This document shows positions 10,111 through 19,565 of a stretch of 64,000 nt of DNA, in pieces. The position numbers and the translations under genes are program-made. The notes below the pieces were generated by a model, which saw only the letters and a list, made by a program, of their open reading frames with translations, was not told where the DNA came from and searched no databases. Within the stretch, counting starts at the first letter, position 1. Each line of letters begins with the position of its first letter. The stretch lies in the NCBI GenBank assembly GCA_043821365.1, contig JBDRCX010000006.1, positions 512,001 to 576,000 on the forward strand, in the 5' to 3' direction. This stretch comes from Candidatus Micrarchaeota archaeon (lineage in GTDB: Archaea > Micrarchaeota > Micrarchaeia > Anstonellales > Bilamarchaeaceae).

Positions 10111-10182
10111 GAAAAGGACCTCGCTCAAAATGCCTTGCATTTTGGGTGTACAAAACCTGCGGTTTTGAACATGGTCCTTTTC
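10111..10182. repeat. Branched palindromic element between convergent genes
   Basis: Outer stem GAAAAGGACC/GGTCCTTTTC encloses hairpins CAAAATGC-ctt-GCATTTTG and CAAAAC-ctgcg-GTTTTG. Confidence 0.7.
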
Positions 10183-10226
10183 ATTCTTCTGATTAAAAAA
10201 AGGAGATTGAAAGAACCTTGGTTCTT

Positions 10227-11468
10227 TCATTCTTCTGATTTCAAAACCACATTATCATCAACAGAACTAACTGCGGACATTGGTATTGAATATCTTTTTT
10301 CAAATACATTTTGTATGATGAGTTTTCCTTTTTTTGCATCAATGCCAACTATCTTACCCAGGTAACTGCCGTGTTCTGATATTGCTTCTTTACCCTCTAT
10401 CTTCATATCAAGCAAAACTTCTTTCCTATACCAGTTGACAAATAAAGTTACAAAATAACCAACAACCAGTGATATGCCTATACAGAGTAAAAATGTTCCA
10501 AAATCAATATATGGTTCGCTTATATTTGCCACCCACATACTACCGACGAGAAGAACAAAGCTGGTTAGGCCAGCTGCAGCTGAATAAAGCATATGCTTTG
10601 CTATTCTGTATTTTTTCTTTTCCATTAAAGCATCAATGCTTTTTGCAACTAAAATTAGCAACATACTCGTAAAAACAATCCATATAGTATTACCAACAAA
10701 AAGTGCAACTATTTTCTCATTGGCAAGACCCATGCTAATTCCATTCTGAAGTGTTTGGTATCCAACAAAAATACCAATTGTGAGAATTGCAAGTGCACCT
10801 ATATATCCTATCCAGCTTGTTCGTTCAAATGAGAATCTAAAGTCTTTTATTACACCTGCAAAAATCTCTTCAAGTCCTGATATTCTGAACAAAAGAGCAA
10901 GGCCAATTATAATTCCAACTATCTGCCAACCCAAACCAAGATAACTTGAAATAGATAAAAGTATTATCAAAACAGCTGGGATTCCAATAACTATTTTTGC
11001 AAAATATGGATCACGTAATTTTTCCAATAAAACAAAATATGTTTTTTCCAGTTCCTTTGCCTGTTTAATGAATACAATCTTTGTTGAATCGACTTTTATT
11101 CTTGATTTTATGATTGGTAGGATTTCTTCATCAGAAGCACCATCAGAAACAAGAATACATGAAGTCGGATTAAATTCCATAACAATTTTTTCAAGTTGGT
11201 TACTTATTTCTTTGTCAGCCTGGTAACCAAGACTTTTGTGTCCTGTTAATGTTGCAACTACTACGTTATGTCCATCTGCTTTCATTTTGTCATGGACTTT
11301 GACTGAATAATAAATTGCATTTGAATCAGGGTCTTCTGGATCTGCCAGTGACAATGCAAGTGCCCCATCAAGGTTCTTTTCCCTTCCTATCAATGGTCCA
11401 CTTACTTTTGCTTTTTCGTAAAGATCGTTATCCCGATCTATGCACAAAACCAATATCGGTCGTTTCAT
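10227..11468 (-). CDS. DUF373 family membrane protein
   Basis: LVLCIDRDNDL...DPEDPDSNAI, LVSDGASDE, KQAKELEKTY; multiple TM helices. Confidence 0.88.
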   Translation of the reverse strand: MKRPILVLCIDRDNDLYEKAKVSGPLIGREKNLDGALALSLADPEDPDSNAIYYSVKVHDKMKADGHNVVVATLTGHKSLGYQADKEISNQLEKIVMEFNPTSCILVSDGASDEEILPIIKSRIKVDSTKIVFIKQAKELEKTYFVLLEKLRDPYFAKIVIGIPAVLIILLSISSYLGLGWQIVGIIIGLALLFRISGLEEIFAGVIKDFRFSFERTSWIGYIGALAILTIGIFVGYQTLQNGISMGLANEKIVALFVGNTIWIVFTSMLLILVAKSIDALMEKKKYRIAKHMLYSAAAGLTSFVLLVGSMWVANISEPYIDFGTFLLCIGISLVVGYFVTLFVNWYRKEVLLDMKIEGKEAISEHGSYLGKIVGIDAKKGKLIIQNVFEKRYSIPMSAVSSVDDNVVLKSEE

Positions 11469-11540
11469 TGAAATTCCACTAACATTTAACTTTCCAATAT
11501 CCTTTTTATATTCTTCTTTTTATTAGTCTATCCTCTTTAG

Positions 11541-12227
11541 ATGGTTAAAATGGAAAAAAAACTAGTTCTACCTGGAGATCATCTTTCAAGTGCAGAAGAA
11601 GCTGAGCCAGGAGAGAACACATATTCGGAAAATGATGAAGTTTATTCAACTGCAGTGGGAGAGAATTTATCGTCTCCTGGTCATGCGTTAGTCAAATCCA
11701 AAGGAAGAAAGCTGAAAGTTCCTCAGATGGGGGATATTGTCTACTGTTTGATATTCAAAGCAACTGCAAACAAAGCAATAGGTACCTGTGTATCTGCAGA
11801 TGAAGTTGAAGGTAATGGTAGGGGGGTTTCATTTGATGCCGTTCTTCCAGTAACTGCAATAAGACATTCATATGTACGTGAAATAAGAGATGAAGTTCGT
11901 ATCGGTGATATAGTCAAAGGCAAGATTCAAAAAATAATGAAATCAGGCATAGATATAAGCATATTGGATAATGATTGTGGTGTTGTTTGTGCATTTTGCC
12001 CACGTTGCAGGCAAAAGATGGACTTGAAAGAAAAAGTATTTATTTGCGGAAGTTGCGGATGGAAAGATTATAAAAAAACTCCACTTGCAGAAGGTGAATC
12101 GCCTCCTCCAACTCGTAGTAGACGGGAGTATGGGGATGGAGATCGCAGAGGGGGCTTTAGGCAAAACCGTGGATATAGTAACAGAAATAATAACAGGGGT
12201 TCTTATGGACGTAAAAGTTTTGGTTAA
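11541..12227 (+). CDS. csl4: Exosome cap protein Csl4 with Arg/Gly-rich C-terminal tail
   Basis: LVLPGDHL, S1 domain (IGDIVKGKI), CPRC...CGSC zinc ribbon. Confidence 0.92.
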   Translation: MVKMEKKLVLPGDHLSSAEEAEPGENTYSENDEVYSTAVGENLSSPGHALVKSKGRKLKVPQMGDIVYCLIFKATANKAIGTCVSADEVEGNGRGVSFDAVLPVTAIRHSYVREIRDEVRIGDIVKGKIQKIMKSGIDISILDNDCGVVCAFCPRCRQKMDLKEKVFICGSCGWKDYKKTPLAEGESPPPTRSRREYGDGDRRGGFRQNRGYSNRNNNRGSYGRKSFG

Positions 12228-12480
12228 TGACAAGAATATTATTGAGCTTGATCTTGGTAAAACCGATCAATCTTTGGCACAACTGTTAGTTGAAAAGCTT
12301 AATGAAGATAGTGATGTTGAGTTTGCATCGTATAAAGTGGAACATCCAATTACGGCTACTCCAAAAATTTATCTTCGTACAAAAAAAGGAGATCCAAGCA
12401 AGCTTTTACTTGAAAAACTCGATGAAATCAAAAACGAAGTATCTGACTTTAAAAAACAATTCCTCGATATTGTGAAATAA
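12205..12480 (+). CDS. rpo11: RNA polymerase subunit Rpo11 (RpoL)
   Basis: MDVKVLVNDKNIIEL...VEFASYKVEHP...PKIYLRT; follows csl4 as is usual. Start placed at ATG 12205. Confidence 0.92.
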   Translation: MDVKVLVNDKNIIELDLGKTDQSLAQLLVEKLNEDSDVEFASYKVEHPITATPKIYLRTKKGDPSKLLLEKLDEIKNEVSDFKKQFLDIVK

Positions 12481-13475
12481 TGTTTGATATCAAGGAGAAT
12501 CTTAAAAAGTCGAAATTTCAAATTGCAGTGCTGCTTGTTACTCTTGTACTTTTTCTTATTACTAATCATCTTTTGAGAGACTCTTCTCTTGGTTTCATTC
12601 CGACTATTATTGCAATTCTTATTGTGCTCGAGATAGTTGCATTTGTTGCAATCGAAGTTAAAGATGGTGCAAAAAAACACGGCTGGCAGCATGAAATTGT
12701 AGATACTATTATTGCACTTGCAATCGCAGTTGCAATATGGTTTGGCCTTTCTTTTGTTCTTAATACCAATTCCCCAATATCTGGAGTTGTTTCTTGCAGC
12801 ATGCTTCCAAATTTACAACGTGGTGATTTTGTTATTGTTCAAGGGGCACCAGTTGCTGCCTACGAAATCTCAATGTCTCAAAATGAAATGAATTCACTTA
12901 CTCAAGATGCAATAGTCTTCTATGGGGGTAAAAATACCACTATAAAAGGTTCTATTTTTTCATATTGTGTCCAGCATGATGGTAATGAAATGTGCAATTT
13001 CTTTGTTAACTATCCAGAAAATCTTACTGAAGTAAAAGGAGTTTTTACGTATAAATATGAAACATGCGATCTCATATACTCTAATGGAATAGAAAAAACC
13101 GAACCATGTTTGAAATCAGTTTCTTTCAAAGGTAAAGAATATCTGACAAATTTCTCGAATGATGTAATTGTCTACCAACCTGTTATTGGTGATCTTTATT
13201 CAATGATAGGTGATATTGTACATAGGACAATGTTCAAAATAAATGTTGAAGATAAAATTTATTATCTCACACGGGGAGACAACAATCCTATTCTTGATCT
13301 TCAGGTCTATGATTATACAAATGAAATTGGTAATGGTCCTGTGCCATCTGAAAACGCACGTGGGAAAGTCATCCTAAGAATTCCTTATTTAGGTTATTTC
13401 AAATTATTTATCTCTGGCTATTTACAAGAAGATGCACAATGTAAGACGCAACTGGAATTTACACACACTGAGTGA
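12480..13475 (+). CDS. Signal peptidase I (archaeal/ER type) with Cys-containing insert
   Basis: VVSCSMLPNLQRGD (catalytic Ser), DIVHR, TRGDNN, RIPYLGY. Confidence 0.88.
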   Translation: MFDIKENLKKSKFQIAVLLVTLVLFLITNHLLRDSSLGFIPTIIAILIVLEIVAFVAIEVKDGAKKHGWQHEIVDTIIALAIAVAIWFGLSFVLNTNSPISGVVSCSMLPNLQRGDFVIVQGAPVAAYEISMSQNEMNSLTQDAIVFYGGKNTTIKGSIFSYCVQHDGNEMCNFFVNYPENLTEVKGVFTYKYETCDLIYSNGIEKTEPCLKSVSFKGKEYLTNFSNDVIVYQPVIGDLYSMIGDIVHRTMFKINVEDKIYYLTRGDNNPILDLQVYDYTNEIGNGPVPSENARGKVILRIPYLGYFKLFISGYLQEDAQCKTQLEFTHTE

Positions 13476-13477
13476 GT

Positions 13478-14260
13478 TTACCTATAATGGTTGCTGCTTA
13501 TGTCTCTGCTCATATGATCTTTTAGACGTAGTCTGATTTCATCTTTTTCTTTGTTAGTCATTTTTGTTTTATCTAATCTTTTATCCCATTCTAAAAGAGC
13601 ACTTAAAACACGGCTGAAAGTTCTATCATTGTCTGTATATTCAGCATAATCCATAAGAGCTCTAAGTGCGTATACTGATTCTGATTCTCCAAGAGCTTTT
13701 AATATCGCTGAACGAAGCATGTGGTTTGCCTCATTTTCCATCATACATAAACGGGAGAAATGGTATGTTAGTAATTTTGCCGCATCATCATTTATGTTCA
13801 ATTTTCCAAGTAACCTAAAAATCTCCATTATTCCTTCCAATGATGTGTGGTAATTGAACATAGAGCGGTAAACATTCATCCTCAGCTGCCCTGGATCTTT
13901 ATTGGGATTTTTTAATTTAAAATAATCAAAAGTATGCATAAGCCTAAACTCTGAACTTGCAGTTAGGCTTTCATGAAGCATATACAGTATGAGATGGCGT
14001 ACAGTCTCATTTTCTTTCCTATAAATTTCTTCTAATTTTTCTAATGAACTATTCTTTGATTCTTCAGTTACTGCAACTGGGTAAAATCGTAGTGCATATA
14101 TCATTCCTTCTATTTCCTTTACTTTTGCATTCAGCCCCTCCTGTTTCTTGATTTGCTCCGGGGTTAATTGTGGTTTTTGTATTGGTACTTGCGGAGGTTG
14201 TTTTCCATGAATATTAGCCTTTTCTACTGGTTCTTTTTTTGTTGATTTATTATTTTTCAT
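13478..14260 (-). CDS. Hypothetical alpha-helical (HEAT-like) protein
   Basis: 260-aa ORF with normal codon usage; low-complexity N-terminus. Confidence 0.6.
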   Translation of the reverse strand: MKNNKSTKKEPVEKANIHGKQPPQVPIQKPQLTPEQIKKQEGLNAKVKEIEGMIYALRFYPVAVTEESKNSSLEKLEEIYRKENETVRHLILYMLHESLTASSEFRLMHTFDYFKLKNPNKDPGQLRMNVYRSMFNYHTSLEGIMEIFRLLGKLNINDDAAKLLTYHFSRLCMMENEANHMLRSAILKALGESESVYALRALMDYAEYTDNDRTFSRVLSALLEWDKRLDKTKMTNKEKDEIRLRLKDHMSRDISSNHYR

Positions 14261-14358
14261 TATGCCACCATTCGTAGTCCATTGATCTCAAATATGTTTT
14301 AAATACTAAGGGACCGGTTGTTTAATATCTTCTTGTTTTATATTTCTTTGGTGATTAT

Positions 14359-14913
14359 TTGGACGTTTATTTTGCTACAAGTAATAAGCACAAAGTTGAA
14401 GAAGTAACAAAGATTCTAAAGGAATTTAAGATTACGGTGAAGCATTTCCCGTTTAATCACCGTGAGATTCGTTCAGATTCTTTGGAAGAGATATCTCGGG
14501 TGGCAACTGCTGCTGCATATAAACAATGTCGTGAACCTGTGTTTGTTGAAGATACTGGTCTTTTCATCGAAGAATTAAACGGGTTTCCAGGTGCCTTTTC
14601 AGCATGGGCTTTAGAAAAAATAGGGTTGCAGGGCATATTAAAACTCATGGAAAACAAGACAAATCGCCATGCTTATTTTGAAACCTGTATTGGATTCAAA
14701 AGAGATGCAAGTCACATTTCTATATTCACAGGGAAGTGTACTGGGAGAATTTCAACAGGAAAGCGTGGTAGTGGTGGGTTTGGATATGATTCTATCTTCA
14801 TACCTGAAGGCGAGCATCAGACGTTCGCTGAAAGCATAACCTTAAAAAACAAGCTATCACATAGATATAAATCTCTTTTAGAATTCTCTAAACTTTTAAC
14901 TAGCAGAAGGTGA
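14359..14913 (+). CDS. rdgB: Non-canonical purine NTP pyrophosphatase (RdgB/HAM1)
   Basis: FATSNKHKVEE, VEDTGLFI, GFGYDSIF, SHRYKS. Confidence 0.95.
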   Translation: MDVYFATSNKHKVEEVTKILKEFKITVKHFPFNHREIRSDSLEEISRVATAAAYKQCREPVFVEDTGLFIEELNGFPGAFSAWALEKIGLQGILKLMENKTNRHAYFETCIGFKRDASHISIFTGKCTGRISTGKRGSGGFGYDSIFIPEGEHQTFAESITLKNKLSHRYKSLLEFSKLLTSRR

Positions 14914-15000
14914 ATTCTTTTAAGGTGATTTTTTTATGACATTGAACGGCAATTCGTTCAATAATAAAATTTCCATATAGGAAAGAGGAGATGAAATTTT

Positions 15001-15456
15001 ATGGCAAGATTACATTCAAAGAAAAAAGGAAAATCAGGTACAAAGAGACCAAAGGGCAACACTGCCCCTAGCTGGACTACTCTGAAACCAGCTGAAATCA
15101 AAGAACACATCTTGAAAATGGCACGTGAAGGTGTTCCACCAGCTAAAATAGGTATAATTTTACGTGATCACTATTCTGTTGCAAACCTAAGAGCACAGTT
15201 GGGAATGACCTTGAAAGCATTTCTGAAAAAAGAAGATGCTCTTGGTGAATACCCAGAAGATCTTTTGAATTTGATCAAAAAAGCTGTAAGAATGGCAAAT
15301 CATATAAAATCCACAAAGAATGACACATCAAACAACGTTAAGCTTGTTCATGTGGAATCTAAAATTCAAAGATTGGCAAAATACTACTTATCAAAAGGAA
15401 TGCTACCGTCAGGTTGGAAATACAATCGTGAGACTGCAGCATTATTAGTAAAGTAA
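15001..15456 (+). CDS. rps15: 30S ribosomal protein S15 (S13e)
   Basis: MARLHSKKKGKSG, PEDLLNLIKKAV, ESKIQRLAKYY. Confidence 0.97.
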   Translation: MARLHSKKKGKSGTKRPKGNTAPSWTTLKPAEIKEHILKMAREGVPPAKIGIILRDHYSVANLRAQLGMTLKAFLKKEDALGEYPEDLLNLIKKAVRMANHIKSTKNDTSNNVKLVHVESKIQRLAKYYLSKGMLPSGWKYNRETAALLVK

Positions 15457-15466
15457 CGGTGATTAA

Positions 15467-16057
15467 TTGGCTGGCAAAAAAGTTAAAATTGTTGATAAAT
15501 GGAAATCAAAGAAATGGTATTCTGTTAAAGCCCCCTCCTTATTTGAATCAAAGGAGATCTGCGAACTTGTAGCTGCAGATGAAGCAAAACTTATCAATAG
15601 GGTTGTCAAAGCAAGTTTGATGGAATTGGGTGTAAGCGGGTCTCAAATGGCAATGTTTACTGCATTGCGTTTTAGAATCAAAGAAGTCAATGGAAACGAT
15701 GCAAATACAACTTTGCTTGGCCATGAAATATCTCCTTCTTTTATAAGAACCTTTGCAAGAAGAGGAAGATCTCTTATTCATCAAGTTGTTGATGGAAAAA
15801 CCAAAGATAATGAGGAACTAAGACTGAAAATTATTGCAGTAACTGGTTCAAGAGTCAGTATGAATACAAAAAAGAATCTCAGAGCTCTTGTTGTTGAAGA
15901 AGCCAAAAGTGCCATTGTTGATAAGAATTTTGATGAAGTTATTCAAGATGTTATCTATGGCAGAGTCTCATCAAAAATATTCAGCAGATTAAAACAAATT
16001 ACAAAAATGAAACGTGTTGAAATTCGCAGATCAGAAAGAGGCGAAGAGTTCAAATGA
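15467..16057 (+). CDS. rps3ae: 30S ribosomal protein S3Ae (eS1)
   Basis: DKWKSKKWYSVKAP; follows rps15. Confidence 0.95.
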   Translation: MAGKKVKIVDKWKSKKWYSVKAPSLFESKEICELVAADEAKLINRVVKASLMELGVSGSQMAMFTALRFRIKEVNGNDANTTLLGHEISPSFIRTFARRGRSLIHQVVDGKTKDNEELRLKIIAVTGSRVSMNTKKNLRALVVEEAKSAIVDKNFDEVIQDVIYGRVSSKIFSRLKQITKMKRVEIRRSERGEEFK

Positions 16058-16097
16058 AGCGTTGCATATGTCAATCTAACGGCAAAGTTTTATCAAA

Positions 16098-16146
16098 GGC
16101 AAGAAATCAACGCTTTCTTGACTGTCTTGAAAGCATAGCTTTCAAG
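16098..16146. repeat. 49-nt twin-hairpin dispersed repeat, copy 1
   Basis: GGCAAGAA-N9-TTCTTG ACTGT CTTGAAA-N7-TTTCAAG; second copy at 54461-54509. Confidence 0.8.
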
Positions 16147-16182
16147 CAAAAGATCATTAGATAATATTAGTGGGGTATTCCT

Positions 16183-16515
16183 ATGATGCCAGGTGGAATG
16201 GATCCGAAAAAAATGCAAGCTATGATGAAACAGATGGGTATTAAGAGTGAAGAAATCCCATCATCAAAAGTTGTAATTGAAACTTCTTCTGGTTCTATAG
16301 TGATAGAAGAGCCGCAGGTTGTCCAAGTAACTATGCAAGGACAAAAATCATTTCAAATAAGTGGAAATATACGTGTTGAAGAAAAAGCAAGCGGTGAAGA
16401 TATAAAGATGGTTATGGAACAGTCTAATTGTTCTGAAGAAGAGGCAAAACAAGCATTAGAAAAGTCAAATGGAGATATTGCAGAGGCAATTCTCTCTCTT
16501 TCTGGAGAAAAATAA
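16183..16515 (+). CDS. nac: Nascent polypeptide-associated complex protein (aNAC)
   Basis: MDPKKMQAMMKQMGI, NAC domain, C-terminal UBA (DIKMVMEQ...GDIAEAIL). Confidence 0.95.
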   Translation: MMPGGMDPKKMQAMMKQMGIKSEEIPSSKVVIETSSGSIVIEEPQVVQVTMQGQKSFQISGNIRVEEKASGEDIKMVMEQSNCSEEEAKQALEKSNGDIAEAILSLSGEK

Positions 16516-16664
16516 TTAATCAGAATCATTTGTTACCTACGTAGCAGTTGTACTATATTTGTCTGCGTACATTGTAATAAACTCACTAATACGCCTGTTT
16601 TTGACTAAAGCAGAATCTTTAGGTATACACTAAGGAATAAAAATCTTCATTGGGTTAGTGGATT

Positions 16665-17240
16665 ATGGAGATTAGGCGCGAGGTCATGCTAATCATATTC
16701 CTGCTTCTCGTAATAATCGTACTTGTAAAGCTGATTGAATTTTTTCAAGTTAATATTGTTGAGGCAGATGCAAGCAAATTTGTAAGTGAAGATCTTGCTT
16801 CCAAATATCCAACTGCAGATATTGAAATTATGACAATTATTCCAAAAGAAGGTCCCTATGGCAAATATTTTGAAGTAAAAGCAAGAGTTACTCAAGATTT
16901 TGAATCTACTTGTCCTCTGCGTACTCATATATTTTATAATTACCCAACTCAAAACTTTGTCCCTCAACTTCCAGAAGTAATAACAAGTAATTGCGTAGTT
17001 TGTAATGTTGGTATTTGCACAATAGCATTTCCAGAAGAAGCAATTATTGCATCACATACATTTGCAGGCACTTCGGATATTAAATCATATATTCTTGCTA
17101 ATCCAAATGCCACACCACAGGTTAAAGAAAAACAAGAATCCTGGGAAGTAACCTGGAATTCACAAACATCCAGCTATTATTTTGTGATTGAGCTTCACAG
17201 AAATGGAACTATCCTTAGTATGGAGAAGATTGGCAAGTAA
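16665..17240 (+). CDS. Hypothetical membrane-anchored protein
   Basis: N-terminal TM helix; Cys cluster. Confidence 0.6.
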   Translation: MEIRREVMLIIFLLLVIIVLVKLIEFFQVNIVEADASKFVSEDLASKYPTADIEIMTIIPKEGPYGKYFEVKARVTQDFESTCPLRTHIFYNYPTQNFVPQLPEVITSNCVVCNVGICTIAFPEEAIIASHTFAGTSDIKSYILANPNATPQVKEKQESWEVTWNSQTSSYYFVIELHRNGTILSMEKIGK

Positions 17241-18189
17241 TTGTTTTATCATCAATATCTATTTTTTTGTCTAAGAATTTTAGTATTATTTCTTTGTTTG
17301 TACTAAAGTGTTCTGTTATCCTACTTGTTTTGTATTTTGTTTTACCATCAGACAAAACAGCATAAATCAGAAGCTGGTCCGCAAGATGACAATCAACATC
17401 CTCATTTTCAGAATTTAGTATATCTAGAGCTTCTTTTGCAACTTCTTCTGCTCGTTTTCCTTTTTCACCAAGAACATATGCTCCTCTATATCCTTTCCAA
17501 GTAGTTACTGAATTCCCTGGTGAAAGTGCTGGGTTTTGCCTTATGAAAACCTTTTCAATCTCATTTTGTACAAATATTTTTTTCTCTCGAATTGCAATGG
17601 AGGATGGCAATTCCGATACTCTTAACATGGCAAAAATTTCATTACTTTGTTGCCAGGATTCACAACCAGCAAGTTTGGATGGTTTTATTTTTACTTCTAT
17701 TTCTCCACCGCCTCTTGGATAATATCCTGGTTTTACCATTTCTGATTCAACTATTGCACCGAATTTAGAAATTGCAGGTAGAAATACTTTTTCAAAATAA
17801 TCATATCCTGGTGATTTTATGACATGTGTTCCACCTATTATTCTTATTTCGCTTTCCTTGTTTGCATCAAGAAGAATTGGTATTATCGTCTGTGCAACAA
17901 GAGTTACTGAACCAGCAGTTCCAATGTCAAATTGATATTTTCCACCAACAATTTCTCCAGGATTGAATCTTATTTCGCTACTTTCAAGTTCTGCTCCTTC
18001 AAGTGTTCCGCGGCAGACACTTCGTACAGCACGTGCAGCAGTTAAATGTTGCATTTGTAATCCTGGCTTTGGTCGGTTTGCTCGTATATTAAAAATTCTC
18101 ACTGGTTTTTTTGTAATTGCTGAAAGTGTTAGAGAGGTTCGGATTACTTGACCGCCTCCCTCCCCAAAACTACCATCGATCTCAATCAT
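17215..18189 (-). CDS. rtcA: RNA 3'-terminal phosphate cyclase
   Basis: IDGSFGEGGGQVIRTSL, RPKPGLQMQH, GYYPRGGG, HLADQL. Confidence 0.96.
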   Translation of the reverse strand: MIEIDGSFGEGGGQVIRTSLTLSAITKKPVRIFNIRANRPKPGLQMQHLTAARAVRSVCRGTLEGAELESSEIRFNPGEIVGGKYQFDIGTAGSVTLVAQTIIPILLDANKESEIRIIGGTHVIKSPGYDYFEKVFLPAISKFGAIVESEMVKPGYYPRGGGEIEVKIKPSKLAGCESWQQSNEIFAMLRVSELPSSIAIREKKIFVQNEIEKVFIRQNPALSPGNSVTTWKGYRGAYVLGEKGKRAEEVAKEALDILNSENEDVDCHLADQLLIYAVLSDGKTKYKTSRITEHFSTNKEIILKFLDKKIDIDDKTITCQSSPY

Positions 18190-18193
18190 AAAC

Positions 18194-18661
18194 TCACTTT
18201 ATCAAGTCTGTCTGTTCTGCATTATTAGACCTTATGATTTCTAAAGGAGCAATCTTTGTTAATGCGTTTTGCGATCCACCGCCACTATAAACTATTGTTT
18301 TTGTCATTACTGAAGTATCTATGAAAAAAATCGCAGCATATCCGAATGATGGAGTGCCTCCCATCGGATAACCTGTTTTTTGAAGTATCTCTTCAGCATT
18401 GGCAAATCTTAGTTTTTTTGTTTCAATTTTGAGAGCCAACTTTTTTAGATCAAGTTTTTTGTGTCCCGGAACAATGCAAACAATAAGTGAATTGTCTGTT
18501 TCATTAATTATGCATACATTTTTTACAAAATCTTCTGGAGTTGCATTTGCTGATGCAGCTGCTTCTTCTACACTGTGGCAGGAAGTCTGAAAAACAAGAT
18601 GTTCTGCAGTTATGTTGTTATTAGTAATATAATTAACTAATTTGGATTCGTATTCATTCAT
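18194..18661 (-). CDS. YbaK/ProXp-type aminoacyl-tRNA deacylase
   Basis: HSVEEAA...FVKNV, TGYPMGGTPSFG, YSGGGS. Confidence 0.85.
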   Translation of the reverse strand: MNEYESKLVNYITNNNITAEHLVFQTSCHSVEEAAASANATPEDFVKNVCIINETDNSLIVCIVPGHKKLDLKKLALKIETKKLRFANAEEILQKTGYPMGGTPSFGYAAIFFIDTSVMTKTIVYSGGGSQNALTKIAPLEIIRSNNAEQTDLIK

Positions 18662-18735
18662 TACATATTCAAGATGCCTTTTATTTATAATTCTAATTAA
18701 CAAAACCGCTGTCGCTGAAGGCAATTAAAAATTAG

Positions 18736-18757
18736 GCCAGCGCATCGCTGCGCTGGC
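18736..18757. other. GC-rich perfect hairpin in divergent intergenic region
   Basis: GCCAGCGCA-tcgc-TGCGCTGGC, 9 bp; a second weaker hairpin at about 18783-18801. Confidence 0.55.
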
Positions 18758-18933
18758 AAGGCGACCAGTTATCCTCCCATGCACTCAAAACGAGCGTGAG
18801 TACTTAAAAATTTTAGACCAACAATATATATAAATGTTATGGAATTTGTGTTCTTATGTTAATTTTCATGTTTTCTAGTTAAAATTGAACCGCAACCAAC
18901 CACTTTTTAACATTTTCTGATTAATTCTTTACC

Positions 18934-19524
18934 GTGACCAGAGACACTAAAGAACTTGTCAGGCGTGTTCTTGATCAAAGAGCTACAGCAATACGCGATT
19001 TTGCCAGTTCTGTTAGAGATGCTGTTTTAAAAGATAAGTTAACTGCTCCATTTAACATGCGAGCAGAAGGCCTAACTGCAATGTGGAATCTTACTCAAAT
19101 TCGCCGTGAAATGTCTGATGAAATTCATTCTTTGGCAATTCTATTCAAGGATAAGGAAGCTACTAAGGATGAAAAAACTACAGAAGATTGCCGCTTACGT
19201 ATTGCAAGAATCTCAATTGCAAGGTATTTTATTGATCTTGTTGAGAAGATGCAAAAAGCTTCTACAGAAAACGGAAGTCCTGCAGCCAATGCTATTTTTC
19301 AATCTGCAGTTAGTGCAATAAAGCATATCCTTGATGATAAATTTTTTACAAAAGATAAAGATCAGATTATTAATGATCATCTTGATGTTGAACCAGTTAT
19401 TGCTGCAGCATGTTCTGCATTTTCCATACCAACAAGTACTCTTTATGACGCAGTGGGAAGCCATGAAGGCAAGGTTGCTCAGGATATTGATAGAGAAATC
19501 GGCAGAATCAGAGCAGAAACATAA
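18934..19524 (+). CDS. Hypothetical helical protein
   Basis: 196-aa ORF with GTG start; no known motif. Confidence 0.6.
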   Translation: MTRDTKELVRRVLDQRATAIRDFASSVRDAVLKDKLTAPFNMRAEGLTAMWNLTQIRREMSDEIHSLAILFKDKEATKDEKTTEDCRLRIARISIARYFIDLVEKMQKASTENGSPAANAIFQSAVSAIKHILDDKFFTKDKDQIINDHLDVEPVIAAACSAFSIPTSTLYDAVGSHEGKVAQDIDREIGRIRAET

Positions 19525-19565
19525 ATTTCAAAAGATTTTTATTCAACTAGGACGTTATCTTTTCT

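Noticed and set aside
12085-12204. 5' extension of rpo11
   Set aside because: Lies inside csl4; Rpo11 homology starts at ATG 12205.
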